Assembly (NCBI GenBank): GCA_029259715.1
Contig: JAJDEP010000003.1
Span: 301,370 to 365,369, forward strand
Source of the DNA: Planctomycetota bacterium
GTDB taxonomy: Bacteria; Planctomycetota; B15-G4
Length of the DNA: 64,000 nucleotides
Reading direction: 5' to 3'
Made by a program: the position numbers and the translations under genes. Positions 27,469-35,665 of the stretch are shown one piece after another. The notes beneath the pieces were generated by a model. The model did no database searches. It was not told where the DNA came from and worked only from the letters and a program-made list of their open reading frames with translations. Position 1 is the stretch's first letter, and each line of letters starts with the position of its first letter.

Positions 27469-28496
27469 AGCGCCCGCGGGAGGGTCGACGGCCGTTGCCC
27501 GCCGGAGAGCACGGCTACGTGATGCTGGCGGTGATCCTCATCAGCGCCCTCATCGTGAGCCTCACGCTGGGCTACTCGCGCCACGCCCTCATCGCCGTGG
27601 ACGCCACCGAAGCCGATCAAGCCCATCGGCTCGACCTCGACGCCGTCGGTTCGGGCCTGGCCCTCGCCGCGCGCAACATGCAGATCAGCGGCGCCCTGCC
27701 GGCCTCGCACCAGCTGCCGGACGGCAGCAACGTCAGCATCGACGTGAGCGCTGCGAGTGCCACCACGAAGACCATCAGCGTGACGACCGGCACGGCCGCG
27801 GCCCCGCGGGTCGTCAACGCCGTGGCCGAGGTCTACCCCGACCTGAGCGAATCGCCGCCGTTCCTCACCTTCAACGCCAAGCGTTCGGTGTGGGAGTTTC
27901 CCGGCCTGATCGACATCTCCTCCGACACGACCTACGAGGATGCCGACCTGACGGGCATCCTGCTGATCCGCAAGGGCAGGAAGCTCACGCTCGAGAACTG
28001 CATCGTGCGCGGATCCATCGTGAGCGAAAACGCTCTCTCGGACGAAGTCTGGGAAGACGACGAGACCACCGAGTTGGAGATCAAGGGCGGACTGATCATC
28101 GAGCCCGGCAGCACGCTGGCCGGCTGCGCGATCATCGCGCCGGACTGCGCGATCACGGCCGTCAAGGCAGCCGGCAACCGCGACCCGGCGCTGCAATTCC
28201 ACGGCGTCGTCGTGGCCGATTCGTTCGAACTCGAAGGCCACGCGGTCTTCCACGCGCAACTGGTCACCACCCAGGACCCGATCTTCGTGGGCCCGGTGGA
28301 CCGACCCGGCGCCCACCGGAAGCCCCGGGCCTGGCCCACCAGCCTCGACATCAACGGCCAACGCATCGGGCGCCTGGTGTTCCCGTTCGAACAGCCTGAC
28401 CAGGCCGCCCGCAACGCCATCCAGGGGTTCGACTGGTCGGCACACCCCGCGCCTCAGCGCCAACAGGCTCAGGGCCAGCAAGTTCAAGGAGGCTAG
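27465..28496 (+). CDS. GspK/PilX-like minor pseudopilin, family C copy 2
   Basis: About 343 aa. GTG start overlaps the upstream stop (GTGA). EHG|YVMLAVILISALIVSLTLGY. DRPGAHRKPRAWPT. Confidence 0.7.
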   Translation: MKRPREGRRPLPAGEHGYVMLAVILISALIVSLTLGYSRHALIAVDATEADQAHRLDLDAVGSGLALAARNMQISGALPASHQLPDGSNVSIDVSAASATTKTISVTTGTAAAPRVVNAVAEVYPDLSESPPFLTFNAKRSVWEFPGLIDISSDTTYEDADLTGILLIRKGRKLTLENCIVRGSIVSENALSDEVWEDDETTELEIKGGLIIEPGSTLAGCAIIAPDCAITAVKAAGNRDPALQFHGVVVADSFELEGHAVFHAQLVTTQDPIFVGPVDRPGAHRKPRAWPTSLDINGQRIGRLVFPFEQPDQAARNAIQGFDWSAHPAPQRQQAQGQQVQGG

Positions 28497-28498
28497 AC

Positions 28499-28975
28499 GT
28501 GCGACACCGGGACGGCGGGTTCACATTGATCGAGTTGCTGGTGGTGGTCGCCATCATCGGCATGCTCGGGCTCGCGGCCGTGCCGGCGGCGGGGTCGGGC
28601 GCCGCCCAAAACCTCGACATCGTCGAGCTCCAGATGCGCGACGCCTTCAACCGCGCCATGGCCCTCGCGCGCAGCGGCCGGCAGACCCACGCCGTGGTCT
28701 TCGACCTGACCACCGATCGCTTCGCCGTGGTGGACAAGGACGGCAACGCCGTCATCGATCCCCTGACCAAGCGTGGCTACGTGGTGGCCTTCGACATCCC
28801 TGGCCAGCCTGCGGGCATCGACGTCGTCTCCGCCACCTTCGGGAGCAACGGGACGGCCGCCATCTTCGATGGCCAGGGGCTCCCGCTCGACAGCGGTTCG
28901 GTGACTCTGGACTGTCGCGGCTCGGTGCGGACGTTCGCCCTCAACAAGGCCACGGGCAAGCTGACGGCTCTCTAG
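28499..28975 (+). CDS. GspH-like minor pseudopilin, copy 1
   Basis: 158 aa. GTG start. RDGG|FTLIELLVVVAIIGMLGLAAVP. Two beta-sheet-rich GspH-like halves. Confidence 0.75.
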   Translation: MRHRDGGFTLIELLVVVAIIGMLGLAAVPAAGSGAAQNLDIVELQMRDAFNRAMALARSGRQTHAVVFDLTTDRFAVVDKDGNAVIDPLTKRGYVVAFDIPGQPAGIDVVSATFGSNGTAAIFDGQGLPLDSGSVTLDCRGSVRTFALNKATGKLTAL

Positions 28976-29072
28976 GGGCCGCGGGCACTCGAGGGCCGCG
29001 GGCGCGAGGATTCAAGTCGCCCCCCGGGGGGGCCGATGCCGGAACACTTCTTCCTCCCGCCCGACACACGCC

Positions 29073-30245
29073 ATGATGACGCACAACGATCCTCTCCCCT
29101 CCCGCCCGTCTTCCCGCCGCGCCGCCGCAGGCTTCACCCTCGCCGAGGTCCTGCTGGCCAGCATACTGGGCGCCATGCTGCTCACGGCGCTCACCTTCAG
29201 CACCATGGGCTTCGCCGACGTGCTCACCGACCTCGAAGCCAAGGCCGGCGTCACGAAGGAACTCGACCCGGTGCTGCGCTCCGTGACGCGGGATATCCGC
29301 GAGGCCCACTGGGCCGAGATCGTCGGCTCGTCGCGCATCAAGCTCGCCGACCACACCGGCGCCCTGACCGAGTACTACTGGGACGACCAGGACAAGTTGC
29401 TCCGCGTCCTGCGTCCGAACGGCGATGACGGCCCGGTCTTCGACGCGGCCGAAGCCGCCACCTTCACCGTCCAGTGGCTCGACCGCCATCGCGAGGGTTC
29501 GCCCGTCAACTGGGATGGCACCTGGTACGCCGCCTCGCTGCCCAGCAGCTTCGACATGGCCGTCGAGATCCCCAGCGGTGCTGAACTCGCCATGGGCTTC
29601 ATCGCCCCGGTCGACGACAGCCAGGCCATCGGCGCCGGCAGCAGCGGGGAGCGCTTCCTCGACGTGGGCCTGGGCGTCATGCGCATGCCGGTGGCCTGGG
29701 TCCCCGGATCCGGTGCCCACAACATGACGGTCACCATCTACGAGAGCTGGGCGCCCGGCTCGGCCAAGCCCCTCGACACGTCCCTCGGCTCCGTCACAGT
29801 CGCCGGCTCCGACCTGCCCGCCGCCGTGTGGGACGCTTCCGAGTCCGAGTGGTTGGAGCCCGACATGGTCTCCATCGGCCTGTCGACGCTCAGCCTGACC
29901 CTCGAGCCCGGCGCCAGCTACACGGCCGTCGTGTCCGCCGGCGGTGACGCCCAGCTCGTCGTCACGGCCCACCCGTTCATGAAGACCTATGCCCACGACG
30001 ACGTCGCCATCAAGCCGTTGAGTGGCGCCTTCGTCGACCAGCCCCTGATCGTGCCGCTGGAGATGTCGGGCAACAGCCAGATGTCCTCCACCAGCGTGAT
30101 CCCCGTCATCGAGCTGATCAGCATCAGCGTGACCCCCCTGAACCGGGCCAGCCAGACCCGCTCGGCCGCCCTGCTGAGCCAGGCCGTCTCGTCCGATCCC
30201 TGGCTGGGCGTCGTGCCCGGCGAGATCCTGGTCTCGACTCCCTGA
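29073..30245 (+). CDS. large pilin-like protein, family A copy 3
   Basis: 390 aa. RAAAG|FTLAEVLLASILGAMLL. REAHWAEI (DVRYAWW variant). C-terminal DPWLGVVPGE. Confidence 0.8.
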   Translation: MMTHNDPLPSRPSSRRAAAGFTLAEVLLASILGAMLLTALTFSTMGFADVLTDLEAKAGVTKELDPVLRSVTRDIREAHWAEIVGSSRIKLADHTGALTEYYWDDQDKLLRVLRPNGDDGPVFDAAEAATFTVQWLDRHREGSPVNWDGTWYAASLPSSFDMAVEIPSGAELAMGFIAPVDDSQAIGAGSSGERFLDVGLGVMRMPVAWVPGSGAHNMTVTIYESWAPGSAKPLDTSLGSVTVAGSDLPAAVWDASESEWLEPDMVSIGLSTLSLTLEPGASYTAVVSAGGDAQLVVTAHPFMKTYAHDDVAIKPLSGAFVDQPLIVPLEMSGNSQMSSTSVIPVIELISISVTPLNRASQTRSAALLSQAVSSDPWLGVVPGEILVSTP

Positions 30246-30261
30246 CCGCGCTCACGTCGCC

Positions 30262-30786
30262 ATGACCAGGATGCCGATGAAGTTCAAGCAAACGTCCCCC
30301 GAGCCCACGCCCGTGCCCGTGCCCACCACGCCAAACCGATCGGGATTCACGCTGGTCGAGTTGCTGATCGTCGTGCTGATCCTCGGCATCCTGGCCGCCG
30401 TGGTGATCCCGCGCTTCAGCACGGTCTCGGCGGAAGCTCGCGAGTCCGCCGTCTACAACGACGTCCAGGCCCTGCGCAGCGCCATCGCGCTCTATCGGGT
30501 CCAGCACCTCGAGATCTACCCCGGCGTCTCGGGCTGGGACCAGTTCGTGACGCAACTCACGACCCAGACCGACGCCGCGGGTGCCTCGGGCACCAAGTAC
30601 GGGCCCTACGTAAGGCCGCCCTTCCCGACCAACGCCGTGAGCTCGCTCAACACGGGCAAGAACACGGTCACCATGCCCGGGTCGGCTGACGGCGGCACCG
30701 GCTGGATCTACAGCCCGACGAACGGCGAGCTGCGCATCAACACCGAGGGAGCGGGCCCGAGTGGCTCCGACTACTTCGACCTCTGA
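30262..30786 (+). CDS. GspG-like major pseudopilin, copy 2 (unusually long Pro-rich leader)
   Basis: 174 aa if ATG 30262 (alternative starts 30271 or 30277). Leader ...SPEPTPVPVPTTPNRSG|FTLVELLIVVLILGILAAVVIPRF. C-terminal NGELRINTEGAGPSGSDYFDL. Confidence 0.8.
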   Translation: MTRMPMKFKQTSPEPTPVPVPTTPNRSGFTLVELLIVVLILGILAAVVIPRFSTVSAEARESAVYNDVQALRSAIALYRVQHLEIYPGVSGWDQFVTQLTTQTDAAGASGTKYGPYVRPPFPTNAVSSLNTGKNTVTMPGSADGGTGWIYSPTNGELRINTEGAGPSGSDYFDL

Positions 30787-30912
30787 TCCGCCGGTTTCGC
30801 CGCAAATCCGAGGGGCAGGGCTCGGCCAGAAACCCGCTCAAGACCGGGCGACGCTCCCGCCGATGAGGCTTTCAGTCGTTCCTGCCCTGAGATTTGCTGG
30901 AGAACCCGACCG

Positions 30913-31389
30913 ATGACCACCCGCACTCGCCGTGGCTTCACCATCGTCGAGCTGCTGATCGTGATCGCGATCCTCGCATTGCTCGCGGCGGTGGCCGTCC
31001 CGCAGTTCTCCGATTCCGGCAACGAAGGCAAGACCGCCGCCATGGTCTCGAGCCTGTCCGTGATCCGCACGGCAGTCGACAGCTACTGGTCCCAACACGA
31101 CGCCTTCCCCGGCCAGACCGACGGCGAGCAGTTCGCGCGGCAACTGACCCTCACCACCAACAAGGCGGGCCAGGTCGGCGCGGGCATCGGCTACGGCTAC
31201 GGCCCCTACCTGCGCCGCGGCGTGCTGCCCTCCAATCCGTTCGTCGAACGCGACGACGTGCTCGTCGTGCACGGCATGCCGACCAAGGCCACGGGCACAG
31301 AGGCCTGGATCTACGACGCGTCCACCGGTGAGGTGCGGGCCAATGTCGACGGCGCCACGCCCGACGGCATCAAGCTGTTCGACCTCTGA
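30913..31389 (+). CDS. GspG-like major pseudopilin, copy 3
   Basis: 158 aa. MTTRTRRG|FTIVELLIVIAILALLAAVAVPQF. C-terminal TGEVRANVDGATPDGIKLFDL. Confidence 0.85.
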   Translation: MTTRTRRGFTIVELLIVIAILALLAAVAVPQFSDSGNEGKTAAMVSSLSVIRTAVDSYWSQHDAFPGQTDGEQFARQLTLTTNKAGQVGAGIGYGYGPYLRRGVLPSNPFVERDDVLVVHGMPTKATGTEAWIYDASTGEVRANVDGATPDGIKLFDL

Positions 31390-31428
31390 CCGGACCGGTT
31401 CCCGGCGTCGCGACGCCGCGCTCGACCG

Positions 31429-33181
31429 TCACAGATTCACGTAGGCCGGCCCGCCGCCCTGGGGCACCACCCACTCGATGGCCTGGTACGGGTCCATGAT
31501 GTCGCAGGTCTTGCAGTGCACGCAGTTGCTGAAGTTGATCTGCAGCTTCACCGCATCACCGCCCGCGGCCTCGTCCTCCACCATCTCGTAGACCTTCGCC
31601 GGGCAGAAGTGCTGGCACGGGTTGCCGTACTCCTCCTTGCAGGTCGTCGCGCAGTGGTCCGGCGGCCGCGTGACCACCAGGTGCGAGGGTTGGTCCTCCT
31701 CGTGCTTGGTGCCCGAGTGGAAGACGTTGGTGAGCTTGTCGAAGGTCAGCACACCGTCGGGCTTGAAGGGCTCGGCGTGGCGCGGACGCTTGCGGCCCCG
31801 ACGCTGCATGCGCTCATGGCCGGCCACCGCCGGATAGCGGTCGCGCACACCCCTCCCGCCCGTGAGCATCTGCAGGCCGACGTGGAAGATGGCGCTCGGG
31901 CCGATGCCATGGTCGACCGCCTGGTGGAAGTTGCGGAAGCGCCAGAGCTCCTGCCCGAGCCATGACTCGCGCAGGGCCTGTTCGTAGCCGGCCAGCACCG
32001 TGCCGGTGGTGTCTTCGGCCACCAACGCCGCCAGGGCCGTCTCGGCCGCGAGCATGCCCGACTTCATGGCCGTGTGGACGCCCTTGAGCCGGGCCGTGTT
32101 GAGCGTGCCCAGGCTGTCGCCGGCGAGCAGGCAACCGTCGACCCAGGGCCGCGGCATCGACCACCAGCCGCCGGCGGGCAACGACTTCGCACCGTAGTTC
32201 ACCCGCGTGCCGCCCTTGAGGATCGCGCGCATGTACGGATGCGTCTTGAAGCGCTGGAACTCCTCGTGGATGTCGTAGGTCGGGTCCTCCGTGTCGAGGC
32301 CCACCACCAGTCCGAGGGTGATCAGGTCGCCGCCGATCCAGTAGGCGAAGCTGCCACCGAACACATCCCGCGCGAGGGGCCAGCCCGCCGTGTGCAGCAC
32401 GCGCCCGGCTTGCGCGCTCGCCCCGGGCACTTCCCAGGTCTCCTTCACGCCGGTCTCGTAGGTCTGCGGGTTGGGGCCGTGAGTCCCGAAGGTGTTGACC
32501 AGCTTCTTGGTCAGGTTGCCGCGGCTGCCGTCGCACAGCACCGTCACCTTGGCGCGGATGTCCATGCCCGGCTCGAAGTTGCTGCGCCGGCTGCCGTCGG
32601 CTGCGATGCCCTTGTCGACGGTGGTGACGCCGCAGACCCTGCCGTCCTCGATGATCAGCTCGGCGCCGGGGAATCCCGGGAACAGGTCGAGCCCGGCCGC
32701 CTCCGCCTTGCCTTCGAGCCAGCGCACGAAGCTGTTGAGCGAGCCGGTGACGAAGCCGGCGTTCTTCATCCAGGGCGGATGGGGCATCGACCAGGCCTTG
32801 CCCTTGGTGAAGAACTTCATCTCGTCGCTGGTGACGGGGACGAGCGGGGCGTCCTGTTCGCGCCAGTCGGGGATCAGCTCGTCGAGGCCGCGCGGATCGA
32901 TGACGGCGCCCGAGAGGATGTGGGCCCCCACCGCGTCGGACTTCTCGATGACGGCGACCATGGGCTCCTCGAGCACGCGCCCGCCCGTCTCCTGGGCGAG
33001 GGCGTTGTGCTCGGCGATGCGCCGCGCGAGGTGCATGGCACCGGCGAGTCCCGCCGGGCCGGCGCCCACGAAGAGGACATCAACGTCGAGCACGTCGCGC
33101 TCGATGGCGGGGGCCGAGTCGGCGCTGACCTCGGGGGCTGGCTCCTCGGGGGCTGGGTCCTCGGGGGCTGGGTCGGACATC
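31429..33181 (-). CDS. electron-transfer flavoprotein:ubiquinone oxidoreductase (ETF-QO)
   Basis: 584 aa from ATG 33181. FAD motif VLFVGAGPAGLAGA. C-terminal 4Fe-4S ferredoxin-like CxxC...C cluster (CQHFCPAKVYE...CVHCKTCDI). N-terminal PAPEDPAPEEPAPE low-complexity extension. Confidence 0.9.
33130..33174 (-). repeat. 3 x 15-bp tandem repeat (CTCGGGGGCTGG[C/G]TC) encoding the PAPE-repeat N-terminal tail of ETF-QO
   Basis: Direct reading of positions 33130-33174. Confidence 0.7.
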
Positions 33182-33282
33182 GGACGGTCTCCTCCCGCGC
33201 GGCGCCGAGAGCGGCGCCCGTCACAACGGACCCCCGAGGATAGGCAGGAAGGGTCCCGGGGCAAGCCGGGGCCTGCCGGTCG

Positions 33283-34170
33283 TCAACCCGAGGAAACCTC
33301 GCGCCCCTCGGCGTACTCGACGGTCCGCACCAAGCGGCCCGACTCATCGAAGAAGCGCCAGGGCCCGTCGCGCCGGTCGTCCACGTAGGTCCCCTCCGAG
33401 CGCTTGCGGCCCGAGGCATCCCAGCTCACGTCGCGGCCGTGGCGCAAGCCGGCCCGGGACTCGGTCAGCGAGGCCTGTTGCCCGTTGGGGTGCCACAGGG
33501 TGATCGCGCCGAATTGCACGCCGTCGACGATGCTCACCTTCGATTGCATCGAGATCTGTCCGCCGGGCCGGTAGGCCGTCTCCAGCCAGCCGACCGGCTC
33601 GCCGGCGGCCATCCAATGGTGCTTGACCGACGTGAGCTGGCCCTGCTCGTCGTAGAAGCGCCACTCGCCGGTGGGACGCCCTGCTTCGTGATGCCCCTCC
33701 TGGGCCTTCTGGCCGTTGCGATGCCAGAGCGTCTCGGGGCCGTGCCGCTTGCCGTCCCGGAAGGCGGTCTCGCTGCGCGGCTGGCCGTCCTCGTAGTACT
33801 CGGTGCGCACGCCCTGCCGGTCGCTGCCCGTGATCGTCTCCGTGGTCGAGACGCCGCCGCCCTTGTGGTGCATGACGATGTCGCCGGCGGAGATGCCGTC
33901 GTCGAAGCGCCCCTCGAAGCGCAGCGATCCGTCGGTGTGGAAGCCGCGCACCACGCCGTGGCGCCGGCCGTCGCGGTAGGTGCCTTCCTCCTGCACCAGG
34001 CCGTCGGCCCAGTAGGTGCGGAAAGGACCGGTGTGCCCTTCGGGGACCCGTTGGGGGAACTCCTCGACGACGACGGGCTCCTCATCGGTGCTCGCGCACC
34101 CGACCAGCGTCCCCAGGATTCCGGCCATCGTCGCCATCACGAGCGCCCGGTGCAGACCACGGCCCATCAT
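33283..34170 (-). CDS. MORN-repeat (YwqK-like) lipoprotein
   Basis: 295 aa. Lipobox ILGTLVGCAS. Repeated units (GTYRDGRRHGVVRGFHTDGSL, TAFRDGKRHGPETLWHRNGQ, GHHEAGRPTGEWRFYDEQGQL, GTYVDDRRDGPWRFFDESGRL) are typical MORN variant repeats. Confidence 0.75.
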   Translation of the reverse strand: MMGRGLHRALVMATMAGILGTLVGCASTDEEPVVVEEFPQRVPEGHTGPFRTYWADGLVQEEGTYRDGRRHGVVRGFHTDGSLRFEGRFDDGISAGDIVMHHKGGGVSTTETITGSDRQGVRTEYYEDGQPRSETAFRDGKRHGPETLWHRNGQKAQEGHHEAGRPTGEWRFYDEQGQLTSVKHHWMAAGEPVGWLETAYRPGGQISMQSKVSIVDGVQFGAITLWHPNGQQASLTESRAGLRHGRDVSWDASGRKRSEGTYVDDRRDGPWRFFDESGRLVRTVEYAEGREVSSG

Positions 34171-34255
34171 CTCTCACGTCCTCCCCATGTCCGCGGCCAC
34201 TGCCGTGCGGTGCGCCTGCGCGTCCAGCGGCACTCGCGTCGGCACTCCCACGACT

Positions 34256-35665
34256 TCATCGATTCAGGTAGCCCAACTCCCGCAGGCGCGCTTCGACCTC
34301 CGGGTCGAGGTCGACATCCCACTCGGCCGTCCCGAGATTGTGCTGGCTCTCGAGCCACGCGTCCAAGCCCTGCGACAGCCGCTGCCGGTCCGCCGCCCGG
34401 CTCGCGGAGAGGTCGTTGACCTCGGCCGGGTCGGCCAGCAGATCGAAGAGCCACTCGCGCCCGTCAGGCTGGCGGCGGATGTACTTGAAGCGCCCGTCGA
34501 ACACCGTCACCTGCCGCTGCCCGCTCTTGCTCACCCGCGAGCCGCTGAAGATGGGCCGGGAGGACGACGCCTCTCCCCGCATGAGCCCCTCCAGCGACCG
34601 GCCCGGCAGCGGCGCCGGCGGCGGCGCCAGGCCCATCAGCCCGATCAGCGTGGGCAGGACGTCGATGCTCATGGCCGGCGCGTCCACCACCAGCCCCGGG
34701 GGCAGCGCCGGGTGCTGCAGCAGCAGCGGCACGTGCACGTACTCCTCGTAGCTCAGCCAGTTGTGGCCCAGCATGCCGTGTTGGCCCACGGCCTCGCCGT
34801 GGTCGGAGAGGATCACCACCAGCGTGCGTTGCCGGTCGAGACCGTCGAGCAGGCGCCCGACGGCCGCATCCACATGGCGGATGTTCGCGTGATACAGCGC
34901 GCGGTGATGGGCGAGGTCCGCTTCCGAGTAGGCCGCCGGGTCGCGGTTGAACGCCTCGACGCCCTCGTCGGTGCCGTCCAGCTCGCCGTACGCCTCGGGC
35001 GCCACCAGGCCGCGACGGTGCTCGGGCGCCGCATCGAAGGGCGTGTGCGGCCGACGGAAGTGGACGTAGGCGAACAGGGGCCGCTCGTCGCGCCGCTCGA
35101 GGTCCTCGAGCACGACACCGGCCAGCGACGGCCCGTCGGTGCGCACCTCCCGGAAGACCTCGAAGCCCTGCGACATGCCATAGGCCTTGCCCGTCCACGG
35201 ATTCTGCGTGAAGCAGCGCGTGTCGTAGCCCGCCGCGGCGAAGCGCTCGGCCATGGTCTCGGCCTGATCCCCCAACCGGACCTCGGCCACCCCCGCCGGC
35301 GGGCTGACCCCATGCGTCTCGGGGTACAGGCCGGTGAACAGGCTCACCGTCGACGGCAGGGTCCAGCTCGCCTGCGACCAGACATGCCGGAAGCGCACGC
35401 CCGACGCGGCGAAGCGGTCGAGGTGCGGCGAGACCCCGCGCGGTCCGCCGTAGCAACCCAGCTGATCCGCGTGGAGGGCATCGAGCAGGATGATCACGCA
35501 GTCCTGGCCGGCCAACGGGGCGTCCCCCGCAGCGAGGAAGCGCGCTGCGCCCTCGGCGGCGCCACTCCCCAGCGATGCGTCCTCGGAGGTCGCGGGTCCG
35601 CAGCCCGTCGAGGTCACGCACATCGCGCCGACCACCAGGATCAGCAGGGCCACGGCTCGCCTCAC
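34256..35665 (-). CDS. sulfatase-like hydrolase/transferase (alkaline-phosphatase superfamily) lipoprotein; the Cys-x-P-x-R formylglycine motif is replaced by T-L-P-S-T
   Basis: 469 aa. Lipobox VTSTGC. Block DALHADQLGCYGG ... WTLPSTVSLFTGLYPETHG aligns to the sulfatase signature C-T-P-S-R-xxLLTGRYP. It carries Thr at the nucleophile position and Thr in place of Arg. The second metal-binding block is LSDHGEAVGQHGMLGHNW. Confidence 0.75.
   Translation of the reverse strand: MRRAVALLILVVGAMCVTSTGCGPATSEDASLGSGAAEGAARFLAAGDAPLAGQDCVIILLDALHADQLGCYGGPRGVSPHLDRFAASGVRFRHVWSQASWTLPSTVSLFTGLYPETHGVSPPAGVAEVRLGDQAETMAERFAAAGYDTRCFTQNPWTGKAYGMSQGFEVFREVRTDGPSLAGVVLEDLERRDERPLFAYVHFRRPHTPFDAAPEHRRGLVAPEAYGELDGTDEGVEAFNRDPAAYSEADLAHHRALYHANIRHVDAAVGRLLDGLDRQRTLVVILSDHGEAVGQHGMLGHNWLSYEEYVHVPLLLQHPALPPGLVVDAPAMSIDVLPTLIGLMGLAPPPAPLPGRSLEGLMRGEASSSRPIFSGSRVSKSGQRQVTVFDGRFKYIRRQPDGREWLFDLLADPAEVNDLSASRAADRQRLSQGLDAWLESQHNLGTAEWDVDLDPEVEARLRELGYLNR

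Noticed and set aside
7978-35665. Tempting functional link between the FGE domain on the kinase (7978..10623) and the sulfatase-like gene (34256..35665).
   Set aside because: The sulfatase-like protein lacks the C/S-x-P-x-R motif (it has T-L-P-S-T) so cannot be formylglycine-modified. The two genes are 24 kb apart and in unrelated operons.
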